A program made the translations under genes and the position numbers. DNA of 20,000 nucleotides, from assembly GCF_004010195.1 (NCBI RefSeq), contig NC_057719.1:80636654-80656653 (forward strand). Reading direction: 5' to 3'. Below the pieces are notes generated by a model. It was given only the letters and a program-made list of their open reading frames with translations, was not told where the DNA came from and made no database searches. Positions within the stretch are counted from its first letter, which is position 1; each line of letters starts with the position of its first letter. Shown piece after piece: positions 1 to 10,778 of the stretch. The DNA is from Chiloscyllium plagiosum (lineage: Eukaryota).

Positions 1-775
1 GTCCAAAACCCTCTGGGTGAAATTGTTTTGCCTCAAATCCCCTCAAAATCCCTTGCCTTTCATCACTAAGTTACACCTTATTATTATTGGCCCTTCAACT
101 AAGGGGAATTGCTGCCTCCTATCTACTCTGTCCCTGTAATCTTTATGCCTTAATCAAGTCCCCTCTCAGCCTTCTCTGCTTCAAAAAAGACAACCCAAGA
201 AAAGAGCTTATCCAGCTTCTCTTCAAAGCTAATCCAACCCGGCAACAGCCTGGTGAATCCCTTCTGCACCCCCTCCAGTGCAATCACATCATTCCTGTAG
301 TGAGATGACCAGAACAGCACTCCAGCTGAGGTCAAACCAAACTTTCGTACAGCTCCAGCATAACCCCTCTGCTCTTACAATCAATACTATGAATGCTAAG
401 GGGTGGTGTATACTTTCTTACATACCCTGGTAACCTGCCCTGCCAACAAGAGGGATCTGTGGCCAAGTACCTCAAAGATCCTCTGGTCCTCTGAGCTTCC
501 TATTGTCTTGCCATTCATTGAGTACTCCCTCACCTTCCCCTTGTTCCATCTTCTGAAGCGCATCACCGCACACTTCCAGGCTTAAGTTCCGTTTGGCACT
601 GATTTGCCCATTTGACCAACTTGTCCATATCCTCCCGTAACCTAAGACCTTCTTCCTCACTATCAACCACCTGGCTGTTTGTATTATCCACAAACATATT
701 TATCACCCCCTTTCCCCACATTCTCATACGAACAATAAGGGCCCCAGTATTAATCCCTGTGGTATTCCACTAGGT
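1..775 (-). mobile_element. CR1 LINE, ORF2 reverse transcriptase C-terminal part (decayed)
   Basis: The minus strand gives SGIPQGLILGPLLF (GVPQGSVLGP motif, ~735-772), a degenerate FADDTK (FVDNTN, ~678-695), FWSSHYRNDVIALEGVQKGFTRLLPG and an RRLRGDL-like motif. It contains stops and frameshifts. Confidence 0.92.
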
Positions 776-2030
776 ACTCTACCCTGTCTTGTCTGGAGAT
801 CCTATGCCCTGGAATGTCAAGTTGCCAGTCCTGTTCCTCCCTCAGCCACATCTCTGTGATGGCAACATTATCGCAATTCCACATGTCAACCCATATCCTT
901 AATGTATCGGTCTTATCCATAATACCCCTAACATGAAAGCTGAGGTCAACCAGCTTCGCCTTACTCCCCTGAATCGCAATATTGTTGAACTCTGTCTGTT
1001 CTGGTCCCTTGACTCTATTATGCTGTGTTCATATTGTACTAATCTTCCGTGTCCCCTCTCCCTGCTGTAGCAGTCTAAGCTCCTCCCATCAGCACTAGCA
1101 AATCCTTCTGGGAGGACATGGGTCTCATTCTGATTCAGGTGCAGACCATCTCATTGGTACAAGTCACTCATCCCTGCTCCCCTCCCCCCATAGAAACAGT
1201 CCCAGTGATCCAGGAATCTAAACTGCTCCCTCCTACGCCAACATCTGAGTCACACATTCATCTGCCCTCATCTTCTTTTGCTGTAATTCCTTACAAGTGG
1301 CACCGGGAGAAATCCAGAGATTGCAATTTTTGAGGTCTTATTTTTTAATTGCCTAGTTTCCTATATTCTTGCTGTAAGACCTCATTCTATTTACATGATT
1401 GATACCAACGTGTACCACAATCTCTAATTTATTATGCTTCCCCTTCTGGACTTCCTGCAGCCTTTCATAAGACAATAAGATGTAGGATCAGAATTAGGCC
1501 TTTCAGCCCATCAAGATGCTCCCCCATTCGATCATGCTTGAATTCCATTCTCCTGCCTACTTCTCCTAAGCTTTGATCCCCATGATGATCAAGAACAGTA
1601 CAATTGCCATCCCTGTCCCTATCTCTGTCAGCACACAATCCTGCAGTCAGATCTGTGGCCACGGAAATGCCAGTCTGCAACCCCCACTGTTGAGTCATCC
1701 ACATTACTTCCCTTGAATTCCAGCTTCTCCCTCCTTGCATAGCCAGGCAATCCACACTGCTGTTCTCCCACACCATCACCAGTTTTCAAAACAGAGAAAT
1801 GGTGATTGAGTGGGATAGCCACTGGGGATTTTCTGTTTGCCTCACCCTTTGCCTCTTTTTGGTGATCACCCATTTCCTCTCTGCTTGCAGCTGCTTTGTC
1901 TATAGGGTGACCGCCTCAGAAAACATGGTATCCATGTAGCCTTCAGTCTCGAGCATGCATCTCTGTGTCTCTAGCCAACACTCAAGGTCCAGGAATTACG
2001 GCTGTTTGAATTTATGGCATTCTGAAATGT
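776..2030 (-). mobile_element. CR1 LINE 5' part: ORF1 (SGNH esterase-like) and start of the ORF2 APE endonuclease
   Basis: Minus strand, ORF1: SPVAIPLNHHFSVL...DDSTVGVADWHFRGHRSDCRIVC (GDS-like block), IVVHVGIN and FRFLDHWDCF...DGLHLN. Endonuclease N-terminus at 776-940: HVRGIMDKTDTLR...VAITEMWLREEQDWQLDIPGHRISRQDR. Interrupted at 1466-1598. Confidence 0.88.
1466..1598 (-). mobile_element. Short 3' end of another CR1-type LINE inserted into ORF1
   Basis: cataagacaataagatgtaggatcagaattaggcc... is the reverse complement of a CR1-type 3' UTR with a short tandem tail. The ORF1 motifs resume on both sides. Confidence 0.75.
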
Positions 2031-2049
2031 TCCGCAAGTTGGAAGTTCT

Positions 2050-2722
2050 GCAAGTTCAGAATGTAAATCCTGTGCCCACACATCCCTCCTCACCTCCATC
2101 CAAGGCCTCAAAGGAGCCTTGCACATCCGGCAGAAATTTTCCTGAACATCCAAACACCTCATCTACTGTGACCATTGCTCCCGATGTGGTCTCCTCTACA
2201 GTGGGGAGATGGGACACAGGCACCAATCAACCCTACCGCCCTGTGGTTGGACACTTCAACTCCCTATCCCACTCTGCCAAAGATACGCAAGTTCTGGGCC
2301 CCCTCTACCACCAAATTCTAGCCACCCAATGCCCAGTAGAAGAACGCCTCATCTTCCGCTTTGGGACTTTCCAACCACACGAGATCAATGTCACCAGTTT
2401 CCTCATTTCCCCTCCGTCCACCTTATCCAAGATTCAACCTTCCAACTCGGTACCACCCTCTTGAACTGTCCTACATGTCCATCTTCCTTCCCACCTATCC
2501 ACTCCACCCTCCCATCCGACCTATTGCCATCACCCCGCACCTCCATCCACCTATCACATTCTCAGCTACGTTCCCCCAAGCCCCAACCCCCATCCCATTT
2601 ATCAATCAGCCCCCTTGGGCGCCTCCCCATTCCTGATGAAGAGCTTATGCTCAAAACATCGACTCTGCTGCTCCTCAGATGCTGCCTGACTGGCTGTGCT
2701 TTTCCAGCACCACACTCTCTCT
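2050..2722 (+). mobile_element. Penelope-like element 3' part: GIY-YIG endonuclease plus pseudo-LTR
   Basis: Translates as CKSCAH...TSKHLIYCDHCSRCGLLYSGE...PVVGHFNSLSHS...EERLIFRFGTFQPHEIN (PLE GIY-YIG with Cys/His motifs). It is followed by a C-rich tract and a pLTR (cctgatgaagagcttatgctc...gatgctgcctgac...ttttccagcaccacactct). Confidence 0.88.
2630..2663 (+). ncRNA. Degenerate minimal type I hammerhead ribozyme in the Penelope pLTR
   Basis: CTGATGA (2633-2639), A, stem II GAGC-TTAT-GCTC, then AAAACATC in place of GAAACGTC. The two G-to-A changes are at CpG sites, so it is probably inactive. Confidence 0.7.
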
Positions 2723-2726
2723 CTCA

Positions 2727-2830
2727 TTCCAACTTGTTACTGAATTCAAATTTCACCATCTGCAATGGTGGGATTTGAACAGCTGCCATCAGGAGATTCA
2801 CTGGGGACACTGAAAGACTAGTCCAGTGGT
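2727..2830 (-). mobile_element. tRNA-derived head fragment (same family as 5545-5660)
   Basis: The minus strand has the B box GTTCAAATCC (2780-2771) and agatggtgaaatttgaattca, nearly identical to agatggtggaatttgaattca at ~5635. Confidence 0.7.
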
Positions 2831-3770
2831 AAAAGACTTAAGGGATGCATCCCTGAAGAGATTACATACTCACACTAATTCACTGGAGACACAGCAGTGT
2901 AACTAAGCAAAATGAAATCAGTTCGAACAGAATAGCACCAATACAAATATCAAGAGATTTCATCGGGAACATGAAAACGCAAAGCTGAGGTGGTAGAGAG
3001 AGTACACAAACCTCCCAACAATGCATGGACACAAACCTCCCAACAACGCATGGACACAAACCTCCCAACAACGCATGGACACAAACCTCCCAACAACTCA
3101 TGGACACAAACCTCCCAACAACGCATGGACACAAACTCCTCAACAACGCATGGACACAAACTCCTCAACAACGCATGGACACAAACTCCCAACAACGCAT
3201 GGACACAAACCTCCCAACAACGCATGGACACAAACTCCCAACAACGCATGGACACAAACTCCCAACAACGCATGGACACAAACCTCCCAACAACGCATGA
3301 AAACAAACTCCCAACAACGCATGGACACAAACCTCCCAACAATGCATGGACACAAACCTCCCAACAATGCATGGACACAAACCTCCCAACAACTCATGGA
3401 CACAAACCTCCCAACAACGCATGGACACAAACTCCCAACAACGCATGGACACAAACCTCCCAACAATGCATGGACACAAACCTCCTAACAATGCATGGAC
3501 ACAAACTCCCAACAACGCATGGACACAAACTCCCAACAACGCATGGACACAAACTCCCAACAACACATGGACACAAACTCCCTACAAACCACCAGCACAA
3601 ACCTCCCAATAAACCACCAGCACAAACCTCCCAATAAACCACCAGCGCAAACCTCCCAATAGCATGTGCCCTGCCTTTGGCAGAGGCTGCAGATCATGCA
3701 GATGGCCTTATCAGCCATTTCTGAACACATTGAACCAGACTGGAAGGAAAACATCCCAGGACCTCAAGCC
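2831..3770 (+). mobile_element. RTE-clade LINE 3' end, split by a minisatellite
   Basis: Before the array: ASLKR...WE...RFHREHENAKLRW*REYTNLP. After it: SMCPAFGRGCRSC/GLISHF*TH (RTE C-terminal CxxCGRxCxSxIGLxSHxxxH zinc finger, decayed), then a short 3' UTR. Confidence 0.7.
3004..3660. repeat. Minisatellite, 24/25-bp unit CATGGACACAAAC(C)TCCCAACAACG (~23 copies), then 3 copies of AAACCACCAGCACAAACCTCCCAAT
   Basis: Direct tandem repeats without spacers. They generate all the overlapping repetitive ORFs at 2880-3754. Confidence 0.97.
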
Positions 3771-4451
3771 TCAGCCTGAGGAGAAGCAATTATCATATTA
3801 AAGTGAGGCACTACACTATTCATGGTTCTTTCTGCCCCAGGCCCATCCCTCAAGTAAACCTGCTGTGATCTGCTGCGTGACCTGTGGGCAACTTCCCTCA
3901 TGAACTCAGCCCCCCACAACCTCTCTCTCCTCTTGCGTCCTGGGATCTCTCCCTTAGGCTTCTGTTTCCTTGCATCTTGTGATCCAAGCTGCAACCCCTC
4001 ATTTCCTGTGATCTCTTTCCCTCCGCCTGACTGTCTTTTCTTGTGATCGGTAATCGTTCGTTCCCCATTAGCTGTCTGCCCGCAATCTAATAACAAGGTA
4101 TTCTAGCCTGAGAGAAAGTTGACTGGCCCCTCTACTCAGTGAGGGTGAGTCACTAGCACCACAAAATCTCAAAGTAGCGAAACGCTGGAGATAATGAGCA
4201 ATATGGAGATGATATCATCCCCCTTCACTCAAACAAACAGACAAGGCAGCAAAGGCCAGGTTGCATCATGTCGGTGAAATTACATTACAATACAGATCCT
4301 GGCTTTGTAATTCGATAATGTTGCGTGTGTACATCTTCTGATGGACCTCTGAGATTACCATGTAATATGACTGGTAGAAAGCTCTTGCTGTTAACCCATT
4401 GGACTCACTGGCATAATCCATTCAGCACAGATCAGTGAAAGCAATACTTTG

Positions 4452-4548
4452 AAAGAAAGAGTCACATTTATATCGCACATGTCATACTCTGAAAATGTTC
4501 CAAAGTACTTTCCACCTTTCACAGCACTTTTTGACGTATAGTCACTCC
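4452..4548 (-). mobile_element. 3' end of an old SINE with an L2-type tail (possibly DeuSINE/SacSINE1-like)
   Basis: cacatttatatcgcac...gttccaaagtacttt...ttgacgtatagtcact resembles the pieces at 16545-16590 and 17490-17720. Confidence 0.5.
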
Positions 4549-4880
4549 GAATTACTGGAAATTCCCATTTTTCAGCTTTTGACCCATAGTCCTGCAGGCT
4601 ATGGCAATCCAAGTGGATATTTAAATGCTGTTACACCTCACTCGGGGAGTGCACAAGCCCCAGGATTCCTGGACTTGTCACTAAAGTTAAAAATGTTAAA
4701 ATAAGTACACAAAATTCTTCAATTTATCCATTTCCAGTCCCAGGTTAACAGACCAGCTTTCAGTAGTTGACAAGGTTTGTTATTTGTTCCGAGTAATTAG
4801 ACCCTAGCTAGAGATAAACAATTATAAACTGAGAGCATATGATGCAAATTAAAACTCTCACCTGTTTTTAAACTCCTGCT

Positions 4881-4918
4881 TACACACACGCGCGCGCCCA
4901 CACACACACACACACATA
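4881..4918. repeat. (CA)n/(CG)n alternating purine-pyrimidine microsatellite
   Basis: tacacacacgcgcgcgcccacacacacacacacacata. Confidence 0.95.
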
Positions 4919-5544
4919 GACAGGCAGGGAAAGTAAGTTCTTGATGGAGAAAAACTGGGAAGACAATTCAGTGGTTTCTATTCATGGGTTGCTGAGATGA
5001 TCCTTAGCATTCTTATGCTGTTCAGAATTTTGGCTTTTCAGTTATCTTTCTCTGGATGCTTCCACTAGTTCATAAGACACACAAGGTAGCTGATTTATTT
5101 ATAAAGAAAAATCTAATTTATCAGTTTGCAGCTTGCAACAACTGCTGAAGAAAAGATTAAACAGGATCTCTTCGGGTTTAAAGTGGTTTTTGACTGCAAA
5201 GAACAGAAAATCAGCTCCTGAGCTAATGGAGATCAACACTTCTCTCTGTCTTGTTCCCAGTCACAAGCTGTTCAGTTACCCAAGAACCAACCGTACAGCT
5301 GTTGGTAACCAAAGGCTTGTGTCTTTGATAACTTGTCATTTGTCCATAGACCAATCAACTCCTTGTTGCCAGCTAGAGTTGCATCTGTGCACAACCCCTC
5401 AGCTCAAGTTCGTCTGGAACCCAGACTTCAACTCCTGCTTGTTCCAGGCAGCTGTTTACATGATGTTTGCCTTGTGAGTCAGATTGCTGACTTTTCAAAA
5501 CATACAGTGATCCTTTAAACACTGGTTTTTAAAACAGTTAATGG

Positions 5545-7215
5545 AGAAGCAATGGCCTAGTGGTATTATCACTAAACTACTCATCCAGAAACTTAGCTAA
5601 TATTCAGGGATGCTGGTTCAAATCCCATCATGATAGATGGTGGAATTTGAATTCAATAAAAATCTGGAATTAAGAATCTACTGATGACCAAGGAACCATT
5701 GTCGATTGTCAAAACAAAAACATCTGGCTCACTCATATCCTCCAAATAAGGACCTTTGCTATCCTTACAGAGTCTGGCCTACATATGGTTGACTCTCAAT
5801 TGCCCTCTGAAATGGCCTAGTAAGCCAATCAGTTCTAACAATTGCAATGAAGTCTCAACAAAGAAAACAAAATGGAAATAATAAGGGCAGGATCAGCCCT
5901 GTCAACTGTGTAAAGTCCTTTTTATTAACTCTTGGGGGCCCGTGCCAAAATTGGAAGAGCTGTCTCACAGACTAGTCAAGCCTGACATGAATCATACAGA
6001 TTGAGCAACTCAAGACAGGGCAGCCATGAGCCATTGTGGGACAACAGCAGCATTGTATTCCAGCACAATCCGCAAACTCATGGCCTGGCGTATGCCCCAC
6101 TTAACCATTACCATCAAACCAGGAGATCAACACTGGTGCAGTGGAGAATACAGGACAACAAGCCAGGAGCAGCACCAGGCGTATCCAGAAAATGAGGGGT
6201 CAACCTGGTGAAGCTACCAAACAGGACTAATTGTGCGGCACCAGCCCCAGGCCATCTCTAAAGCACTTCCTCAGGATAGTGTCCTAGACCCAATATCATC
6301 TTCAGCCGCTTCATGAGTGGCCTTCTATCCATCATAACGTCAGAAATGAGGATGTTTGCTGATGAATGCACAATATTCAGCATCATTCCCAACACCTCAG
6401 ATACTGAAGCAGTGAACAAGATCTGGAGAATATCCAAGCTTTTATTGACAAGTGACAAGCACCATTGACACTACACAACTGTCAGGCAATGACCATCTCC
6501 AATAAGAGACACCCTCAGCACCAGCCCTTGACATTCAATGGTTTACCATCACTGAATTCCTCCACTATCAACATCCTACAGGTTACCATTGACCAGAAAC
6601 CTAACTAGACTCATCAGATAAATACAGTGGTTGCAAGAGCAGGTCAGATCCACTGGGGAATACTATGGCATATAAGTCACCTCCTGACTTCCCAGAGCCT
6701 GTCCACCATCTACAAGGCACAAGTCAGGAGTGTGATGAAATATTCCCCACTTGCCTGGATGGCTGCAGCTCCAAGAGCACTCAAGAAGTTTGATATCATC
6801 CAGGACAAAGCAGCTCGCTTGATTGGCACCACATCCACAAGCATCCACTCCCTCCATTACCAAAGTGAAGTAGCAGCAGTGTGTATTATCTCCAAGATGC
6901 ACTGCAGAAATTCACCACAGATCCTTCTAAACTCATGATCTAGGACAAGGGCAGCAGATACATGGGAATGCCACCACCTGCAAGTTCCCCTGTAAGCCAC
7001 TCACTATCCTGACTTGGAAATATATCGCCATTCCTTCACTGTAGCTGGGTCAAAATCCTGGAATTCCCTCTCTGAGGGCATCGTGGGTCAACCCACAGCA
7101 GATGGAGCAGACTGCAGCGGTTCAAGATGGCAGCTCACCACCATCTTCTCAAGGACAATACATGTTGAACCAACCAATGCCGCCCACATATCAAGTGGAT
7201 CTTCTAAAAAAAAAA
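5545..7215 (+). mobile_element. Internally deleted CR1-group (Zenon-like) LINE with a tRNA-like 5' head and A-tail
   Basis: A box TGGCCTAGTGG (5553-5563) and B box GGTTCAAATCC (5615-5625). Then endonuclease start (VPKLEELSHRLVK), linker TIKPGDQHW, RT motifs PQDSVLDP and MFADEC, and C-terminus YKAQVRSVMKYSPLAW. Ends in A10 at ~7206-7215. Confidence 0.85.
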
Positions 7216-8599
7216 GTTGCCAATCATTTCTATCCACAGGTTTTAAAAAACATAAAAATATAAAGTCACAGCCTTCCTAAAACTAATGTTATGGGAGTTT
7301 CTGACTCAACCAGCCTTTCAGACAGTGAGCTCCAAATTCCCACCAGCCTCTCTGCGAAAAGTTTTCCCCCATCTCTCCTTTTAGCCTTCTACCTCCCACC
7401 TTACATCCATGCTCCTGGCTATTGACCAGTTGGCTAATGAACAAAGTGCCTTTCTAACCAGCTTATTTATGCCTCTCATGATCTTCTACACCTCTGCCAG
7501 GTTCTTCCTCATCCTTTGCTGCCCCAAAGGAAAACTACCCCAGTCCCTATCCAATCAATCAATCTTCAAAGCTCAGAGACTCCAGCCCAGGCAGCATTAT
7601 GGTAAACCTTTTCTATGCCCTCTCAAGTAAAGTCACATCCTTCTGGTGAATGTGACCAGAACTGCATGCAGTATTCCAGTTGGGGCATAACCACTATTTT
7701 ATACAGTTCCAACTTAACCTCCTTGCTCATGTATTCTATCCCTCAGTTAACAAACGCAAGTATCTCAAATGCTGCCTTAACCATCTTATTTACCTACCTC
7801 CAGGGATCTGTGGATTTGCACATCAAGGTACCTTTGATCTTAAGCACTTTCCAGAGTCACACGATTCATTCATAGCGTAATCCCTTGCCTTGTTAGCCCT
7901 CCCCATGTCTATCACCCCTCATGTTTCCGAGTTGAATTCCATTTGCCACTGCTCTGCCCAGCTGACCAGTCCATCGATATCCTCCTGCAGTTTACAGCTG
8001 CATCATTTATTACCCTGTCAATTTTGTGTCATCCACAAACCTCTTGATTGTAGCCCCTATATTTAGGTCCAAATTATTAATATATACCACAGCATCAAGT
8101 TCTGCCAAACCCTACTAGAAATCAACTTCCGGTCATTGAAACATCCCCTCTACCATCGACTTCAGCTTCCCACCTCTCAACCAATTTTGGTTCCACTTTG
8201 CCTTGGACTTTTGCTTTCCTGATCAGTCTGCCATGAGGAACCTGTTCAAAAGCCTTGTTAGAGTCTGTGTATATCATATGAAATGCATGACTGTCATAAG
8301 TACACCTGGTTACATCCTCAGAAACAGGCCCAGAAGAGTTCGCTTGAAGTGCAGTCGACAGAGTCCAGAATAAATACAAAGAGAAGAAAGGAGCAGCTTC
8401 TTAAAATTATGTAGAGAACATTCAGACAATTGGATTTTCCCAATTTTTAAGTATTATTAAAGTCCTCAAGATAATAATTTTGTAGATTTTACTTGATTCA
8501 GATAGCTCATGCCCAGTGGAACCTTTCACATTCTTTACTGTTTTAGCTCTGGTTTATGAATCATCATCACGATTCACACCCACTGTTCTGATTTTCAAA

Positions 8600-9862
8600 G
8601 ACAGATTCATACCTTACACATGATGTCCTAGAATTTGTCATCAGCATCCCTGGGTGCATCCTGTCCCACTGAAAGAACAGGCCAATGGATTTTCTGCCCA
8701 GTGGTACACAGAAGGGAGCTGCGCTGGGACTCCGCAACATTTACTGTGGATACAATGAAGTCTCATGGCATCAGGTCAAACCTGGGAAAGGAAACCTTTC
8801 CCACGTACCACGTACTGTTCACCCCACTCCACCACCCCAGCTGATGAACCCATATTCTTCCATTTGAACATTACTCAGGAGGAGCACTGACCGGCAAGAA
8901 TACAGAACATTCTTTGAATGGGTAATGTCCAAGAGTGGCTTGGCAACAGTACTACTGATCAAGCTGGTTGGTTGCTAGTCTGGGTCTGCAGCGGGTGGTG
9001 AGGGAACCAAGAGGGGAAAAACATACTTGACCTCATCCTTACCAATCTGCCAGCTGCAGCTGTATCTATCCATGATAATGTTAATAAGAGTGACTACCGC
9101 ACAGTTCTTGTGGGGATGAAGTACTGCCTTCACATTGAGAATACTTTTGAGTGGCACAATCACCATGCTAAAAGGGACAGATTTCAAACAGACCGAGCAA
9201 CTCAAGACCGTGAGTTGGCATCCATGAGGCACTGTGGGCCATCAACAGCAGTAGCAGCAGCATTGTACTCCAGCACAATCTGTAACCTCGTGGCCTGGCA
9301 TATCCCCCACTCAACTATTACCATCAAGCCAGAGGATCAACTCTGGTACAATGAAGAGTGCACGAGGGCATGCCAGGTACAGCACTAGGCAGGCCTAAAA
9401 ATGAATTGTCAACCTGGTGAAGCCACCAAACAGGACTACTTGTGTAATCAAAACAAATGGAAGGAGCAAGTGAAAATCAAAGCTATGTGATCCCATAACC
9501 AATAGATCAGATCTACACTCTGCAGTTTTGTTACACCCAGATGTCAATGCTGCTGGACAATTAAGCAACTCTCCAGAGGAGAGTCATTTACAAATATCAA
9601 CATCCTCAAGTTATGCGGGAGTCCAGCACGTCGGTGCAAAAGATAAGACTGAAGCATTCGCATTAATCTTGAGCTAGAAGGACTGGTTGAACCAAAGGGT
9701 CTGTTTCCATGCTGTATGACTCTATAAGTGCCATCTCAACCTCTTCCAGAGGTCCTCAGCATCATATGCTAGTCTTCAGCCAATTCAATTCACTCTCAAA
9801 TGATATCAATAAATGACTGAACGTACTGGATACTTCAATGGCTAAGAGTCCTGACAACAGCC
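8600..9862 (+). mobile_element. Same Zenon-like LINE family: endonuclease domain and linker (decayed)
   Basis: EVSWHQVKPGKGNL, VVREP/KNILDLILTNLP...KSDYRTV (SDH-like motif) and TIKPEDQLWYNEECTRA. It aligns with 6003-6235. Confidence 0.85.
9681..9725 (+). mobile_element. ~45-bp CR1/HE1-type 3' tail inserted in the LINE
   Basis: gactggttgaaccaaagggtctgtttccatgctgtatgactcta matches the tail at ~18163-18212. Confidence 0.65.
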
Positions 9863-9889
9863 AGTATCAGTATAAGTAGGCTCTAAGTT

Positions 9890-10463
9890 TGGTATTGCAG
9901 TGACGCTTAGCTTGGGCATTTTAAAGGTTAAACAAATGTACTGAATATAAGCTTATTTCAGAACTGTACAGACCTAGAGGAGACATGAGCTGATTAGCTA
10001 CACAAAGAGACATTATTATTATGCATGTTGTATGGAAACTCATTTAATGTTACAGAGATGTAATGGTTGTAAATAGGAACCTGTTTGCGTTTTCAAAGGA
10101 ACATGGAAATGGACATAGACACAACAGGAGCTTGATTGGAATAAATGCTTTCCACTGTAAGGTCAAACAAGGACTGGGCCAGTTTTCTAATGAAATATTG
10201 ATAGTGTAATTGCCTAGTGTTGTTTATCATGTGACAAATTGTATTCCTAACTAACAAGCATAATTATACAGTGTATAAAAGTGTAAAGAAACCTTTGATA
10301 AACACTTTCTATGGACCTGCATCCTGGTAAAGGAAAGTCTTTGTTTTGTTTAGACCTTTAACCATCTCCTTGACAAGTGTCACTTGAAACACTACAGACA
10401 CTGACCCTGTGATCAGGGTTGTCTACCAGCAGCCAGTGATTGGATGAGTACCTTTATTTACCA
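9890..10463 (+). mobile_element. Putative LTR of an ERV or Gypsy remnant
   Basis: Inverted termini TGGTA (9890) and TACCA (10459-10463), TATAAAA at ~10274, and TGGTAG 1 nt downstream (PBS-like position). Confidence 0.4.
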
Positions 10464-10530
10464 CTGGTAGATAAGGGTTTAGTTTGGACTACAAAGACCA
10501 AATTCCAAGACCGTTGAGGTGGTGGGGAGA

Positions 10531-10546
10531 GGGGGGGGGGGGGGGG
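10531..10546. repeat. G16 homopolymer within a G-rich tract
   Basis: ggtggtggggagagggggggggggggggggtggatgg. Confidence 0.95.
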
Positions 10547-10600
10547 TGGATGGTGAATAAGATAAAGGGGTAGGAGGCAGAGCTGTTGTCATAGGTTAGA

Positions 10601-10778
10601 GTTGAAAAATCACACAACACCAGGTTATAGTCCAACAGGGGTATTTGAAACCATGAGCTCCTTCTTCAGGTCGCTACAAAAGCTTGTGATTTCAAATAAA
10701 CTTGTTGGACTATAACCTGGTGCCACGTGATTTTTGATTTTGTCCAACCCAGTCCAACACTGGCACTCCCACGTCACA
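10601..10778 (+). mobile_element. Short palindromic Penelope-pLTR-derived element, copy 1
   Basis: Inverted arms (aaaaatcacacaacaccaggttatagtccaaca / tgttggactataacctggtgccacgtgattttt), hammerhead remnants in the centre, and flanks TCATAGGTTAGA / TCTTAGGTCAGA. Confidence 0.8.

Larger units (their letters stand above)
4629..7284. mobile_element. Putative solo LTR (4629-5540 plus 7216-7284) inserted in CR1
   Basis: Starts TGTTAC and ends ...ccttcctaaaact (possible degenerate TAACA end). Flanked by AATGC (4624-4628) and AATGT (7285-7289). Non-coding, contains a (CA)n tract and splits a CR1. Confidence 0.5.
4551..8325 (-). mobile_element. CR1 LINE RT and 3' end (4551-4628 plus 7285-8325), interrupted by nested insertions
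   Basis: Minus strand: IYTDSNKAFEQVPHGRLIRK (DFxKAFDKVPH), a PQLEYCMQFWSH-like motif and a CR1-type 3' UTR. The 3' sequence reads continuously from ...ttaaatgc (4628) to aatgttatgggag... (7285). Confidence 0.85.

Noticed and set aside
1955..2778. Longest non-satellite ORFs (169 and 189 aa) as genes
   Set aside because: They are frameshifted or off-frame readings of the Penelope remnant and its C-rich tract.
3004..3660. CRISPR-like array, or repetitive proteins from the many overlapping ORFs
   Set aside because: The units are contiguous with no unique spacers and there are no cas genes. The ORFs arise in all frames because the unit lacks stop codons.
5545..5632. tRNA gene
   Set aside because: It has A and B boxes but no coherent cloverleaf or terminator, and it continues into repeat sequence. 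It is a retroelement head.
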